Below are positions 19,247 through 27,550 of a DNA stretch of 64,000 bases, piece after piece. The DNA is from a virus (lineage: Duplodnaviria > Caudoviricetes), in IMG/VR virus record IMGVR_UViG_3300027808_002667, positions 16,300 through 80,299 of that record; one strand, 5' to 3'. Within the stretch, counting starts at the first letter, position 1. Every line of letters begins with the position of its first letter. Both the position numbers and the translations under genes were made by a program. The notes beneath the pieces were generated by a model. The model worked only from the letters and a program-made list of their open reading frames with translations. It was not told the DNA's origin and made no database searches.

Positions 19247-19723
19247 TTATTCGAACTCGTTGTCTTCTCTGTGCCCAACTCTCATTGCCATGTTTGCATC
19301 TGTTTCTCGTACTTCAACCTTGCTGCACCAGATTCGTTCTGCTTCGGTTTTGCCGTACATTGGGAGGAAGATAGTATTAATATACTCATAAAGAAAATCA
19401 GAAATCCCCTCACAACCTGTTTTCTCCACCTCTGTAATTTTTGCTAATTTTAATCTGCCTAATTCAAGTAAATGTTCCCGCATAGGATCATCCTGTGCGA
19501 CTAATAGAGTATGGTCAAACCAATCCTCTAATTTTTCTTTTAATGGTTTAAGTCCACCGAAATCCATACACCAATTACGAGCATCCAGTGTGTCACATTC
19601 AAATTCAAAATGAAATGATAGTGCATATCCATGAACTAGATTACAATGACTGTCAGCTCTCCATTGTCTGTACGCTACGGGACCTATTTGTTTATATGTT
19701 TTTGTTGAGATATATTTTGCCAT
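19247..19723 (-). CDS. queD: 6-carboxy-5,6,7,8-tetrahydropterin synthase
   Basis: SHCNLVHGY (CxxxHG), DFGGLK, FDHTLL, GCEG and VEVRET. Confidence 0.9.
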   Translation of the reverse strand: MAKYISTKTYKQIGPVAYRQWRADSHCNLVHGYALSFHFEFECDTLDARNWCMDFGGLKPLKEKLEDWFDHTLLVAQDDPMREHLLELGRLKLAKITEVEKTGCEGISDFLYEYINTIFLPMYGKTEAERIWCSKVEVRETDANMAMRVGHREDNEFE

Positions 19724-19768
19724 CTCTTGCCTCTCTGAGTAAGTTTGATGGCATGCAGAGTATTTAGA
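19724..19768 (-). promoter_or_regulatory. Late-promoter-like TCTAAATA plus a structured 5' leader of queD
   Basis: Minus strand TCTAAATA CTCTGCATGCCATCAAACTTACTCAGAGAGGCAAGAG ATG. CTCTG/CAGAG and TGCC/GGCA pairings overlap the SD region. Confidence 0.45.
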
Positions 19769-20795
19769 GAGGGGTGAATGCCGGAGACCTCTTTGTCATT
19801 TCCTGAAAAGCCCTAGAATCATACCAATCGAATAAATCTTCGATAATTTTATCTAAGTTACATTCTGGCTTCCAAGAAGTTTCAGATTGTAATTTTTCAG
19901 AATTTGCAATTAATATTGCAGGATCACCATCGCGGCGAGGTGCAACATTGAAAACAATACCGTCGCCAATTCTTTCCGCATCTAATAAAAAGTTTTCTGT
20001 TTTAACAAATACTTCAAGATTCGAATGTCCTTTGACTGATCCTATATTATATATGCCTTTGAGATTATTCTCAATAGCTAAGATGTGTGCTTTGGCAATA
20101 TCCGTGACATGAATATAATCTCTGACACAAGTTCTATCCTTTGTCGGATAATCTATACCATACATTGTAAATGCTTCGTTAGACATTGCTGCTTCAAAAA
20201 TTTTAGCAAAAATATGAGTAGCATTTGGTTCTTGACCGTGTATGCCACCTTCTACTGCACCGCAAGCATTGAAATATCTAAATGACACATACTCTAAACC
20301 ATATGCCTTATTGTGCCAATTAAGCATCATCTCAGTCATTAGTTTAGATTCACCATATGGTGATATCGGATTTGTATCTGATTTTTCGAATAGCATATGA
20401 CTTTTTTCAGGGTCACCATAAACCGAAGCGCTGCTACTAAAAATGAATTTTGTTTTAGGGGAATATTTGTTAATGTGTTCTAAATACTTTGCAGTTTTAG
20501 CAACATTGTTATCATAATATTCTATTGGGTTAGTCATACTTGGACCAACTAAACTAGTGCCAGCACAATGAATAATTGCATCTGGCATATTATTCATTAC
20601 GCTTTTTAATGAATCAGCATCAACAAAATCACATTGAATGAATTCATCATAGTATGTTTTTAAATGTGGACTAACTCGTCTGTCAATACCAACAACTCTA
20701 TAGCCTTGATTTTTTAGTTCAATGCAAATAGCGCCACCGATATAACCGGCGGCACCTGTAACTATAACTGTTTTAATATTTTGCTGCTGGGACAT
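19764..20795 (-). CDS. galE: UDP-glucose 4-epimerase
   Basis: TGAAGYIGG, FSSSASVYG, YGESK (YxxxK), FRYFNACGA and RDYIHVTDIA. Confidence 0.9.
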   Translation of the reverse strand: MSQQQNIKTVIVTGAAGYIGGAICIELKNQGYRVVGIDRRVSPHLKTYYDEFIQCDFVDADSLKSVMNNMPDAIIHCAGTSLVGPSMTNPIEYYDNNVAKTAKYLEHINKYSPKTKFIFSSSASVYGDPEKSHMLFEKSDTNPISPYGESKLMTEMMLNWHNKAYGLEYVSFRYFNACGAVEGGIHGQEPNATHIFAKIFEAAMSNEAFTMYGIDYPTKDRTCVRDYIHVTDIAKAHILAIENNLKGIYNIGSVKGHSNLEVFVKTENFLLDAERIGDGIVFNVAPRRDGDPAILIANSEKLQSETSWKPECNLDKIIEDLFDWYDSRAFQEMTKRSPAFTPL

Positions 20796-21945
20796 GATCT
20801 CTATAATCCTTACCACCTCGCCACCAATGTGATCCTTCGGCATTAAACATAATATCTATACAACGATCAATAGTATTAGATGTCCAAGTAGCTAATTTGC
20901 CTAGATTGGCTCGCTCTTGAAACAACAAACTATTCAATTTAAATATGGCATCATCTTGTGACCATGGGATGTAAAGACATTCACGATCATTAGCAAATGT
21001 TTCTGGGAATGATCTATACGCAGGATACAAACAATTTGTACCTAGTGCATCTGCTTCTGATGCTGTATTACTTACCCAATCTTGTAATGCACAATTAAAT
21101 AATACTCGAGAATCACCCAACAACTCATAGTACTCATTCTTTTTAAGATTCTCATATATTTTAAAATTGTGAGTCTTTTCCAATGCTCGCGCGCGATCCA
21201 AATACTTTTGGTTGTTGCTACGTAATGGTCCACCTGATAAAACGGCAAACTCTACTGCAGGATTAAGTGTATGATAACGCTCAATTAGATCCATAAAGAA
21301 ATCAGGTTGTTTTTCTTGATCAAATCTTGCCGCAAACACTACACGAAGTTTTCGCTCATTAAATGGAATCAACGACTCAACACGGCTGCGAACTTCATTT
21401 TTGTCAAACGCCAAACCAGAGATATTAAAGATTGGTGCTTCCCAGCCCGCAATTTTCATATGGGCAACCATCTCTTCGTTAGATGCAAGTACACCTGTAA
21501 CGAATTGGTCTGTCATTTTCTCATATAGACCCATCCACTTCTGCATGTCCCATACGTGTACAAAATCATCTGGGTCAATAGATTGTGCAAGACAACGAAC
21601 AAATATTCGAGGTTGATATTCATAATTTACTTGATCCATGATGTAAGGCAATGCCTCAATACCCGGAGTAAACATATCTTCAAAAAAGATTGTATCTTCG
21701 TATGTAATTTCACCAGCTTTCATCTTCTTAATAAGATTAGCCATTTGTGTCAACGAATAATAACTACGACCATGTGCATCAAGTACTTGCCCAGTTACAA
21801 TTGCTTTAGAGTCATCTAAAATATCACCATGAATTACTTCATAATCAATACCACGACGTTTAAATGCTGCCTCGCTCCAATGTTGAAGCTGTAAGGTATA
21901 ACGACCTTCATACGGCTCCAGACCCATATAATATAATTTTCCCAT
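20773..21945 (-). CDS. GT-B fold glycosyltransferase (GT4-like)
   Basis: VFAARFDQEKQPDFF, LFNCALQDWVSNTASEADALG and YPAYRSFPE. Confidence 0.8.
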   Translation of the reverse strand: MGKLYYMGLEPYEGRYTLQLQHWSEAAFKRRGIDYEVIHGDILDDSKAIVTGQVLDAHGRSYYSLTQMANLIKKMKAGEITYEDTIFFEDMFTPGIEALPYIMDQVNYEYQPRIFVRCLAQSIDPDDFVHVWDMQKWMGLYEKMTDQFVTGVLASNEEMVAHMKIAGWEAPIFNISGLAFDKNEVRSRVESLIPFNERKLRVVFAARFDQEKQPDFFMDLIERYHTLNPAVEFAVLSGGPLRSNNQKYLDRARALEKTHNFKIYENLKKNEYYELLGDSRVLFNCALQDWVSNTASEADALGTNCLYPAYRSFPETFANDRECLYIPWSQDDAIFKLNSLLFQERANLGKLATWTSNTIDRCIDIMFNAEGSHWWRGGKDYRDHVPAAKY

Positions 21946-21947
21946 TA

Positions 21948-22346
21948 TCAATCCCTAGTAAAATACATTCTGCAACCGTTTTCGCCATCTTCTGATACTT
22001 CAATTACATAATCTCGATCAGGCCACTGTGCAATTAATTTCTCATGCAAATCTTTAGCAATCATCTCACAAGACTTATGATTCAATTTTAATGTGTCTTC
22101 ATTATACCAGCGTTCAATAGTACGCTTTGCTTGTATAAATTCAACATCTCTATCATCATGAAATACTTCCATCTCAACACGGAAATGAAAAATATGTCTA
22201 TGTAGATCAGCTAAGAATGAAACATCCAACCAATGTTCTTCCGGTTTACCAAAACGCTTTGTTGCTAATTTTGGATCCGTTGCCGCTGCTGGGTAACGAT
22301 GAATACCTTCCTTCTGAAAGGTAACAAAAATAAAACTCTTGTTCAT
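21948..22346 (-). CDS. dpdL: QueD paralogue, T-fold, DpdL-like putative 7-carboxy-7-deazaguanine decarboxylase
   Basis: LADLHRHIF (LxxxHRHxF) replaces the QueD CxxxHGH motif; SCEMIA and VSEDGENG T-fold motifs; adjacent to the DpdA-like gene. Confidence 0.7.
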   Translation of the reverse strand: MNKSFIFVTFQKEGIHRYPAAATDPKLATKRFGKPEEHWLDVSFLADLHRHIFHFRVEMEVFHDDRDVEFIQAKRTIERWYNEDTLKLNHKSCEMIAKDLHEKLIAQWPDRDYVIEVSEDGENGCRMYFTRD

Positions 22347-23632
22347 GCAAATAAGTCCTCAAGTGTTGAAGGGGCGACTTCGCTAACAGGCTCTGAATCC
22401 ATAAACCTGCCAACATTCTTTTCCCAATAAAGAAAATCATCAGTATTTTTTACATCGAATAATGTCGAATATTCGTTTTCACAATTTTTATCTCTGCAGA
22501 ATCTTAAAAATTCTTCTTTAGAATTCATAAGTGTACTAACATCCAATGTAAAGTTATGTACATTAGTTAAAATAAATGCAAGTCTGGCTCTCATAACATC
22601 TACAAATTTACCACCATTCTCAAGATATTCACCTACAGAAATATTCATTAATTTATGATATTGTTCTGCAGTATATTCTGTACCACATACCGCATTAATT
22701 TCCGCGACAACTGTTCTATAGATATTTGAAAATGGTCTTCCCATTTTTACAGATGAGCCACCATAGTCACCAGGATTCTTTTTCTTGCTATGTGAGAAAT
22801 AAAACAATCCATTATCTAAAGACATAGAATGAGTAGTTGAATCATATGAAATATCAATGCCATCATATAAGCCAGTTTGACTAAATAACAAATATGGCAA
22901 GATACGCTTTAACGCACCAACGCCCAATACGTGTAAATGAAATGGTCTTTCAAATGGCACAGCATTAACAAAGAACGCTCGCTTAACATCTTCAAGTGGC
23001 CCCATACCCAAGGCAGCTGATCCCATAGCTACACCGCCAATACGATGATGTAAATCTTTTGGAATTTCATCAAGCATTGCCTCGCCCCACAATTTGTAGG
23101 TATCTTGGCCTGACCCCTGAATAATAACAAAAGGTCTGCAAGAACTTTTCATATCATCAAATCTTTGAATTTGTTCTAATACATTTTTGCCAGTTTGCCT
23201 AGCATAGCTCTCAAAATTTTCCATATCTACATATCTACGCTTAGTATCAATTTTAGATGATACTCCAGAAGCAGATGTAGACTTAACAGGAATCTCATCA
23301 AACGCCATTCCGATATCTGCGTATGTTGCTTGATTCTCAAAAACCTTATTACGAGTTTCAGATGTATTAGGCAGACCTCTAGTAATAATCTGCAACCCAC
23401 CAGAGTCAGCATGAATGTTTTTAATTACTGGTCTAAATTTTTGTAATTTTGCACCAAAGTTCTTTTCTGTAAATCCATTATACAATAAAGAAAATTGATG
23501 GTTGTTTTTATTGTGAACAGTTTTGGAAATCATATCTTTAATCATTTCCAATGTCTCTGGGTCATTACATTGTTCTGCACCTAACCTCAGATACGCCGGT
23601 CCTGAAATAACATATTCTAATTGTCTGCTCAT
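22343..23632 (-). CDS. dpdA: TGT-fold deazaguanine DNA transglycosylase (DpdA-like)
   Basis: ADSGGLQ (TGT DSGGFQ), MAFDEIP, IIQGSG, HLHVLGVG and SYDSTT (second catalytic Asp). Clustered with folE/queD/queE. C-terminus STLEDLFA. Confidence 0.82.
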   Translation of the reverse strand: MSRQLEYVISGPAYLRLGAEQCNDPETLEMIKDMISKTVHNKNNHQFSLLYNGFTEKNFGAKLQKFRPVIKNIHADSGGLQIITRGLPNTSETRNKVFENQATYADIGMAFDEIPVKSTSASGVSSKIDTKRRYVDMENFESYARQTGKNVLEQIQRFDDMKSSCRPFVIIQGSGQDTYKLWGEAMLDEIPKDLHHRIGGVAMGSAALGMGPLEDVKRAFFVNAVPFERPFHLHVLGVGALKRILPYLLFSQTGLYDGIDISYDSTTHSMSLDNGLFYFSHSKKKNPGDYGGSSVKMGRPFSNIYRTVVAEINAVCGTEYTAEQYHKLMNISVGEYLENGGKFVDVMRARLAFILTNVHNFTLDVSTLMNSKEEFLRFCRDKNCENEYSTLFDVKNTDDFLYWEKNVGRFMDSEPVSEVAPSTLEDLFA

Positions 23633-24531
23633 AAAAATAAACTTTCTAATGAAGACTTTTGTATGTCTCCAGCTTTTTCTGTCAAATTGACTGTAATCTG
23701 TTTTAGCTTAGGGTTCTTTTGCTTGAACATTCTCATCCAAGTTCCCTTTGCCACTGTATCTTGTTTAGGCAAATTCCATATCTCTGATATGAACTTTAAT
23801 CCCGATGCTGTTCTTTCCCATCTTTGTTCTGCAGTCATTCCAGTTGACCAAGTAGACTTTTCGGCAGTTGCTTGTTCTTCTTTAAAAATAATATTGTTGC
23901 AGATAAAAACACCCAAACCATTTTGGATAAACTCTATACCAAAATTTTGATCTTCACATGGAATAAGGGTACCATCAGAATTAACGAACTTCTCATCAAA
24001 ATATATTTCTTTATTGTGATGTTTCTTAATATTCTTAACAATCAGAATACTTGTCTTTGTCATAAATGTTGGTCTGAATCTCCATCTAATTATATCACCT
24101 TCAGCGTTTTCTGTCAAGTCTTTTGTGAAAGGCTGATTGGCAGGATTGACAGGCAAGAACATATCTACGTCTGCAAGATTCTCAAATGGAATATTTCTAA
24201 ATGTTTTTACGAATGTATCATTTGCCCCATACTTTTGACCAGTATAAAGGTATGTGTCATTGTCAGCAAAAATGGCATAGTCCTCATCCGAATTATAAAA
24301 TTCTTTCAAAAGGATATTTCTTGCATCACCGGGAGTTAGTACTTTACCTTGATGTTTAATATATTGAACATCTGGTTCATATTGTTCTTCTTTATAATTT
24401 TGCGCAAACACTACAGGTTGAAGATCATTTTTCTTGACCCAATCCAATTGCCGTTTGTGTATTTCGGCACGTCTTGCATTTGTACTGTCAGGTCCGAACC
24501 ATGATATAATATAGCATTTCTCAAACTTCAT
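23629..24531 (-). CDS. GT-A fold glycosyltransferase, putative DNA-base glycosyltransferase
   Basis: DARNILL, IFADND (DxD) and CEDQNF; C-terminus SSLESLFL. Confidence 0.6.
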   Translation of the reverse strand: MKFEKCYIISWFGPDSTNARRAEIHKRQLDWVKKNDLQPVVFAQNYKEEQYEPDVQYIKHQGKVLTPGDARNILLKEFYNSDEDYAIFADNDTYLYTGQKYGANDTFVKTFRNIPFENLADVDMFLPVNPANQPFTKDLTENAEGDIIRWRFRPTFMTKTSILIVKNIKKHHNKEIYFDEKFVNSDGTLIPCEDQNFGIEFIQNGLGVFICNNIIFKEEQATAEKSTWSTGMTAEQRWERTASGLKFISEIWNLPKQDTVAKGTWMRMFKQKNPKLKQITVNLTEKAGDIQKSSLESLFL

Positions 24532-25041
24532 TTACTCACCTAGCATTTTAATTAAGTGTTTTGTTTGATGCATTGCATCGTCAAGCGCATTATGGTAAAC
24601 GCCTTCTCGTTCGTCAGCTGGGATCCAATTGAACAAAGCCTTTACTGTACGATAACATCTGTCATCCCAGCATTTCCAAGGTGGTTCTCTGTTCGTAATA
24701 AAATATGCATTTGATAAAATTGTGTTATCAAAGACAGCACCGTTTCCCCAAACAGGCAAACTCTTAGGCCCAAACCATTCCTCAAAATCATCTAATGCTT
24801 GATTCAAAGGAATGTTATTGCGAGTAAGTTCTCGCAAAGCTTCTTTATTTTGCTCTGACCACCATTTAATAGTTTCTTTTGAGACATGCATACCTACATC
24901 TTTGCAGGTTTTAAGATCAATGGTACAATAGAAAGTATCTAAAATTTCTTTACCTTCAAATTTTACTGCACCAATTGAACATATAGCGGCATTTGATCTT
25001 GTTGACATTGTTTCCAAGTCAACCATTATATTAACTGTCAT
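24532..25041 (-). CDS. DEDDh 3'-5' exonuclease (DexA/Rv2179c-like)
   Basis: [21 protein letters not shown] and HNALDDA. Confidence 0.88.
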   Translation of the reverse strand: MTVNIMVDLETMSTRSNAAICSIGAVKFEGKEILDTFYCTIDLKTCKDVGMHVSKETIKWWSEQNKEALRELTRNNIPLNQALDDFEEWFGPKSLPVWGNGAVFDNTILSNAYFITNREPPWKCWDDRCYRTVKALFNWIPADEREGVYHNALDDAMHQTKHLIKMLGE

Positions 25042-25718
25042 TTACATCCTTGTCTTGCAATCTGGTAAAATTCGTTTCTAACTTCTGGGTGATTTTTAAA
25101 TCCACCACCTAGACGAACTGTTACTGTAGAACTACCTGTATCTTCAACGCCTCTAGATTTTACGCAATAGTGTTGTGCATCAATTAATACGGCAACATCT
25201 TCGGTATCAAGAATATATTGTAGTGTGTGAAAAATTTGTTCTGTTAATCGTTCTTGAATCTGTGGTCGTTTGCTAAAATATTCAACAATACGATTAATTT
25301 TAGATAGACCAAGAACTTTGTCTTTTGGCACATATGCAACAGTTGCTAAACCGTCAATAACGACAAAGTGATGCTCACAATTAGATTGTACATTAACATT
25401 GCGTTCAACAACCATTTCATTATATTTCATTTTGTTGTCAACAGTTGTGCATTTAGGGAATGCATCATAATCGAGACCCCAAAAGATTTCGTTAACATAC
25501 ATTTTGGCAACACGCTTAGGTGTTTCCATCAAACTATCGTCATTTAGATCGAGTCCCAACACTTGCATAATATATGAAAAGCTTTTTTCAATTTCTGCAA
25601 TTTTATCTTTGCGATCCATTGATACTTTAAATGTCGGTGTTTCCACTCCCATTTTAACTAAGTGTTCGTGAACTTGTTGTCCCAATACTGGGTCTGTTTT
25701 TGTCTTGTTATATGACAT
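25038..25718 (-). CDS. folE: GTP cyclohydrolase I
   Basis: [32 protein letters not shown] and HYCVKSRG. Confidence 0.97.
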   Translation of the reverse strand: MSYNKTKTDPVLGQQVHEHLVKMGVETPTFKVSMDRKDKIAEIEKSFSYIMQVLGLDLNDDSLMETPKRVAKMYVNEIFWGLDYDAFPKCTTVDNKMKYNEMVVERNVNVQSNCEHHFVVIDGLATVAYVPKDKVLGLSKINRIVEYFSKRPQIQERLTEQIFHTLQYILDTEDVAVLIDAQHYCVKSRGVEDTGSSTVTVRLGGGFKNHPEVRNEFYQIARQGCK

Positions 25719-25786
25719 TTTGAATCCTTCCTAACTCGGATATGATGATTGAAATTTGTTACCTTTGTGTAACACTATTATTTATA
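25719..25786 (-). promoter_or_regulatory. T4-type late promoter (TATAAATA, 25779-25786) plus a structured folE leader
   Basis: TATAAATA ATAG TGTTAC-ACAAAG-GTAACA ... ATCC-GAGTTAGGAA-GGAT TCAAA ATG. Confidence 0.6.
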
Positions 25787-26635
25787 TTAAGTACCCCAAG
25801 CATTTTTGAATAATGGGATTTGTAATCTGTCGGAATATCTCCAACCTTTTTTCATTGCCAATTCTGCAACACCACGATTGTTCAATGAATACATTTCTTC
25901 TGTGCCACCACAAGGCATAATATAAACGACGCCGCCAAAACCAAATTTGCGATATTCATTTACTGCTTGTTCTGCTTCTTCGGCATCTTCTTTAGTTGCA
26001 ACTACAAATTTAAGGTATGTATTACCTAACAATTGATATTGTTGAATAACTTCTGGTCTAATTGCATCCTCCCATTTTTCACCGCTGATTGATAATTTAG
26101 GGGATACTGAAAATGTTATGTTGCCATAGTCTCGACCAAATCTTGTCCACTCCTGAAATAGATATTCATCGAACTCATCAGTTATAAGTTGCGTGCCATT
26201 AGTTTCAAAAGTAAGTTCTTTTAGACTTTGCATCTTTGGATGTTCTAAAAGATCTGGATAAGCTTTTTGCCAACCCAATAAAGGTTCACCGCCAGTAATT
26301 ACCAGATGTTCGTCACGCCATTCCTTGTACGGTAGCGTATCCACAATAGCATCGGCAATCGAATCAGTAGAAAGAACGGGAGACAAATGCTTAAAACGAG
26401 GATCCCAAGAAGCATAACTATCACAACCCGTAGACACCAAAGGTAACGAACCATATTCTTTATACTTAGAAGGGTCAACATTGTTTGCTTCATTACTAAG
26501 TTCTCCCTTAGGCATCCCAAAGCCAGCACATTTAAAGTTACAACCAAACGTTCTCAAAAACACTGAAGGCACGCCCATATAGCGACCTTCACCCTGTATG
26601 CTATAAAATAATTCTGCAATCTTAATTTTGCTCAT
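25787..26635 (-). CDS. queE: 7-carboxy-7-deazaguanine synthase (radical SAM)
   Basis: ELFYSIQGEG, FLRTFGCNFKC...GCDS, VITGGEPLL, FETNGT and SVSPKL. Confidence 0.93.
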   Translation of the reverse strand: MSKIKIAELFYSIQGEGRYMGVPSVFLRTFGCNFKCAGFGMPKGELSNEANNVDPSKYKEYGSLPLVSTGCDSYASWDPRFKHLSPVLSTDSIADAIVDTLPYKEWRDEHLVITGGEPLLGWQKAYPDLLEHPKMQSLKELTFETNGTQLITDEFDEYLFQEWTRFGRDYGNITFSVSPKLSISGEKWEDAIRPEVIQQYQLLGNTYLKFVVATKEDAEEAEQAVNEYRKFGFGGVVYIMPCGGTEEMYSLNNRGVAELAMKKGWRYSDRLQIPLFKNAWGT

Positions 26636-26912
26636 ATTCACTTCCAAAAATAGTAGACCATTTTTTTAATTTGGCAATTTTATTATCAGCGGCAATACTT
26701 ACTTGTTCGCTATCTACAAGATCAAATGTAATACATAAGTCAATCATGGCTTGTAGATCACCCAACTCTTCGGCTAGATGTTCTCTGTTTGTTTTTGGTT
26801 TGCCGGGTTTAAAATTGTCAATACCAAAGCGGTCGCATTTGCTAACTGCTTGTATAACTTCAGCACATTCTTCTTGTAGAATGTTCAATATTTCTTTGGT
26901 TTTTGTAATCAT
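26622..26912 (-). CDS. MazG-like nucleotide pyrophosphohydrolase
   Basis: LQEECAEVIQA and LAEELGDL (EExxE...EExxD). Confidence 0.7.
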   Translation of the reverse strand: MITKTKEILNILQEECAEVIQAVSKCDRFGIDNFKPGKPKTNREHLAEELGDLQAMIDLCITFDLVDSEQVSIAADNKIAKLKKWSTIFGSEYEQN

Positions 26913-26929
26913 AACAAATTATATGACAT

Positions 26930-27550
26930 TTAGTCAGTAATGTCAATTGTGGGATTGTCCTTTTCAGCAGCAGCTTTCTTTTTGCGAGTTTTTGTCTCAG
27001 ATGCCGTTTCTCGTTTTTCCGGATCTATTGTGTCCAATTGCTTTTTCAAATAATCAATCAAATGACGGCCTGCTTCTGAATCTTCTGCATTTTGAATAAT
27101 AGAATCAATGTCCATATTCTCCATGAGTTTATATTTCGTTGCCTGTTGTTTCTTTTCTTTTTGAATTCTGCGAATAAAGGCAAAGTAAATAATTTGAGTA
27201 TAATAGGCAAAGGGATTAGATGATTTTGTGGGATCAAATTTTGCAACAGCAGTTAGGCAATTTTCAATGCCGTCTGAAACCATATCATCTCTAAATGTGT
27301 AATTGATAAAATTAGATTTATAAGATAAGTGTGTTGCAATTTTAATAAAACATTCACCTATGTATCGAGGTACTCGAGTCGGTTCCTCTCCTACAGCTTT
27401 GGCTTTGTCTAATGATTCTTTATATTCTATAAGAGCAGCAAGAAACTGTTTGTTGTTTACATAATGAGCAGGGGCCTTAATGGAGGGTTCTTCTAGTTCC
27501 TCGATTAATTCTAATATCTCGCTCTCCGGTGTCGTCGTTGTTTTCGTCAT
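26930..27550 (-). CDS. gp55: Late transcription sigma factor gp55
   Basis: HYVNNKQF, YIGECFIKIA, NFINYTFRDDMVSDGIENC and NPFAYYTQIIYFAFIRRIQKEKKQ. Confidence 0.95.
   Translation of the reverse strand: MTKTTTTPESEILELIEELEEPSIKAPAHYVNNKQFLAALIEYKESLDKAKAVGEEPTRVPRYIGECFIKIATHLSYKSNFINYTFRDDMVSDGIENCLTAVAKFDPTKSSNPFAYYTQIIYFAFIRRIQKEKKQQATKYKLMENMDIDSIIQNAEDSEAGRHLIDYLKKQLDTIDPEKRETASETKTRKKKAAAEKDNPTIDITD

Noticed and set aside
19724-19763. queD leader as a canonical preQ1-I riboswitch
   Set aside because: It lacks the A-rich 3' tail and loop consensus of preQ1-I, and the 1-nt linker makes a classic H-type pseudoknot unlikely. Kept only as an unknown structured leader.
19247-26635. folE/queD/queE as tRNA queuosine or folate auxiliary metabolic genes
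   Set aside because: No queC, queF, queA or folate genes in the window. The TGT-fold protein is divergent, has no evident zinc-binding Cys cluster, has a clamp-like tail and sits beside a DpdL-like gene, which favours DNA modification.
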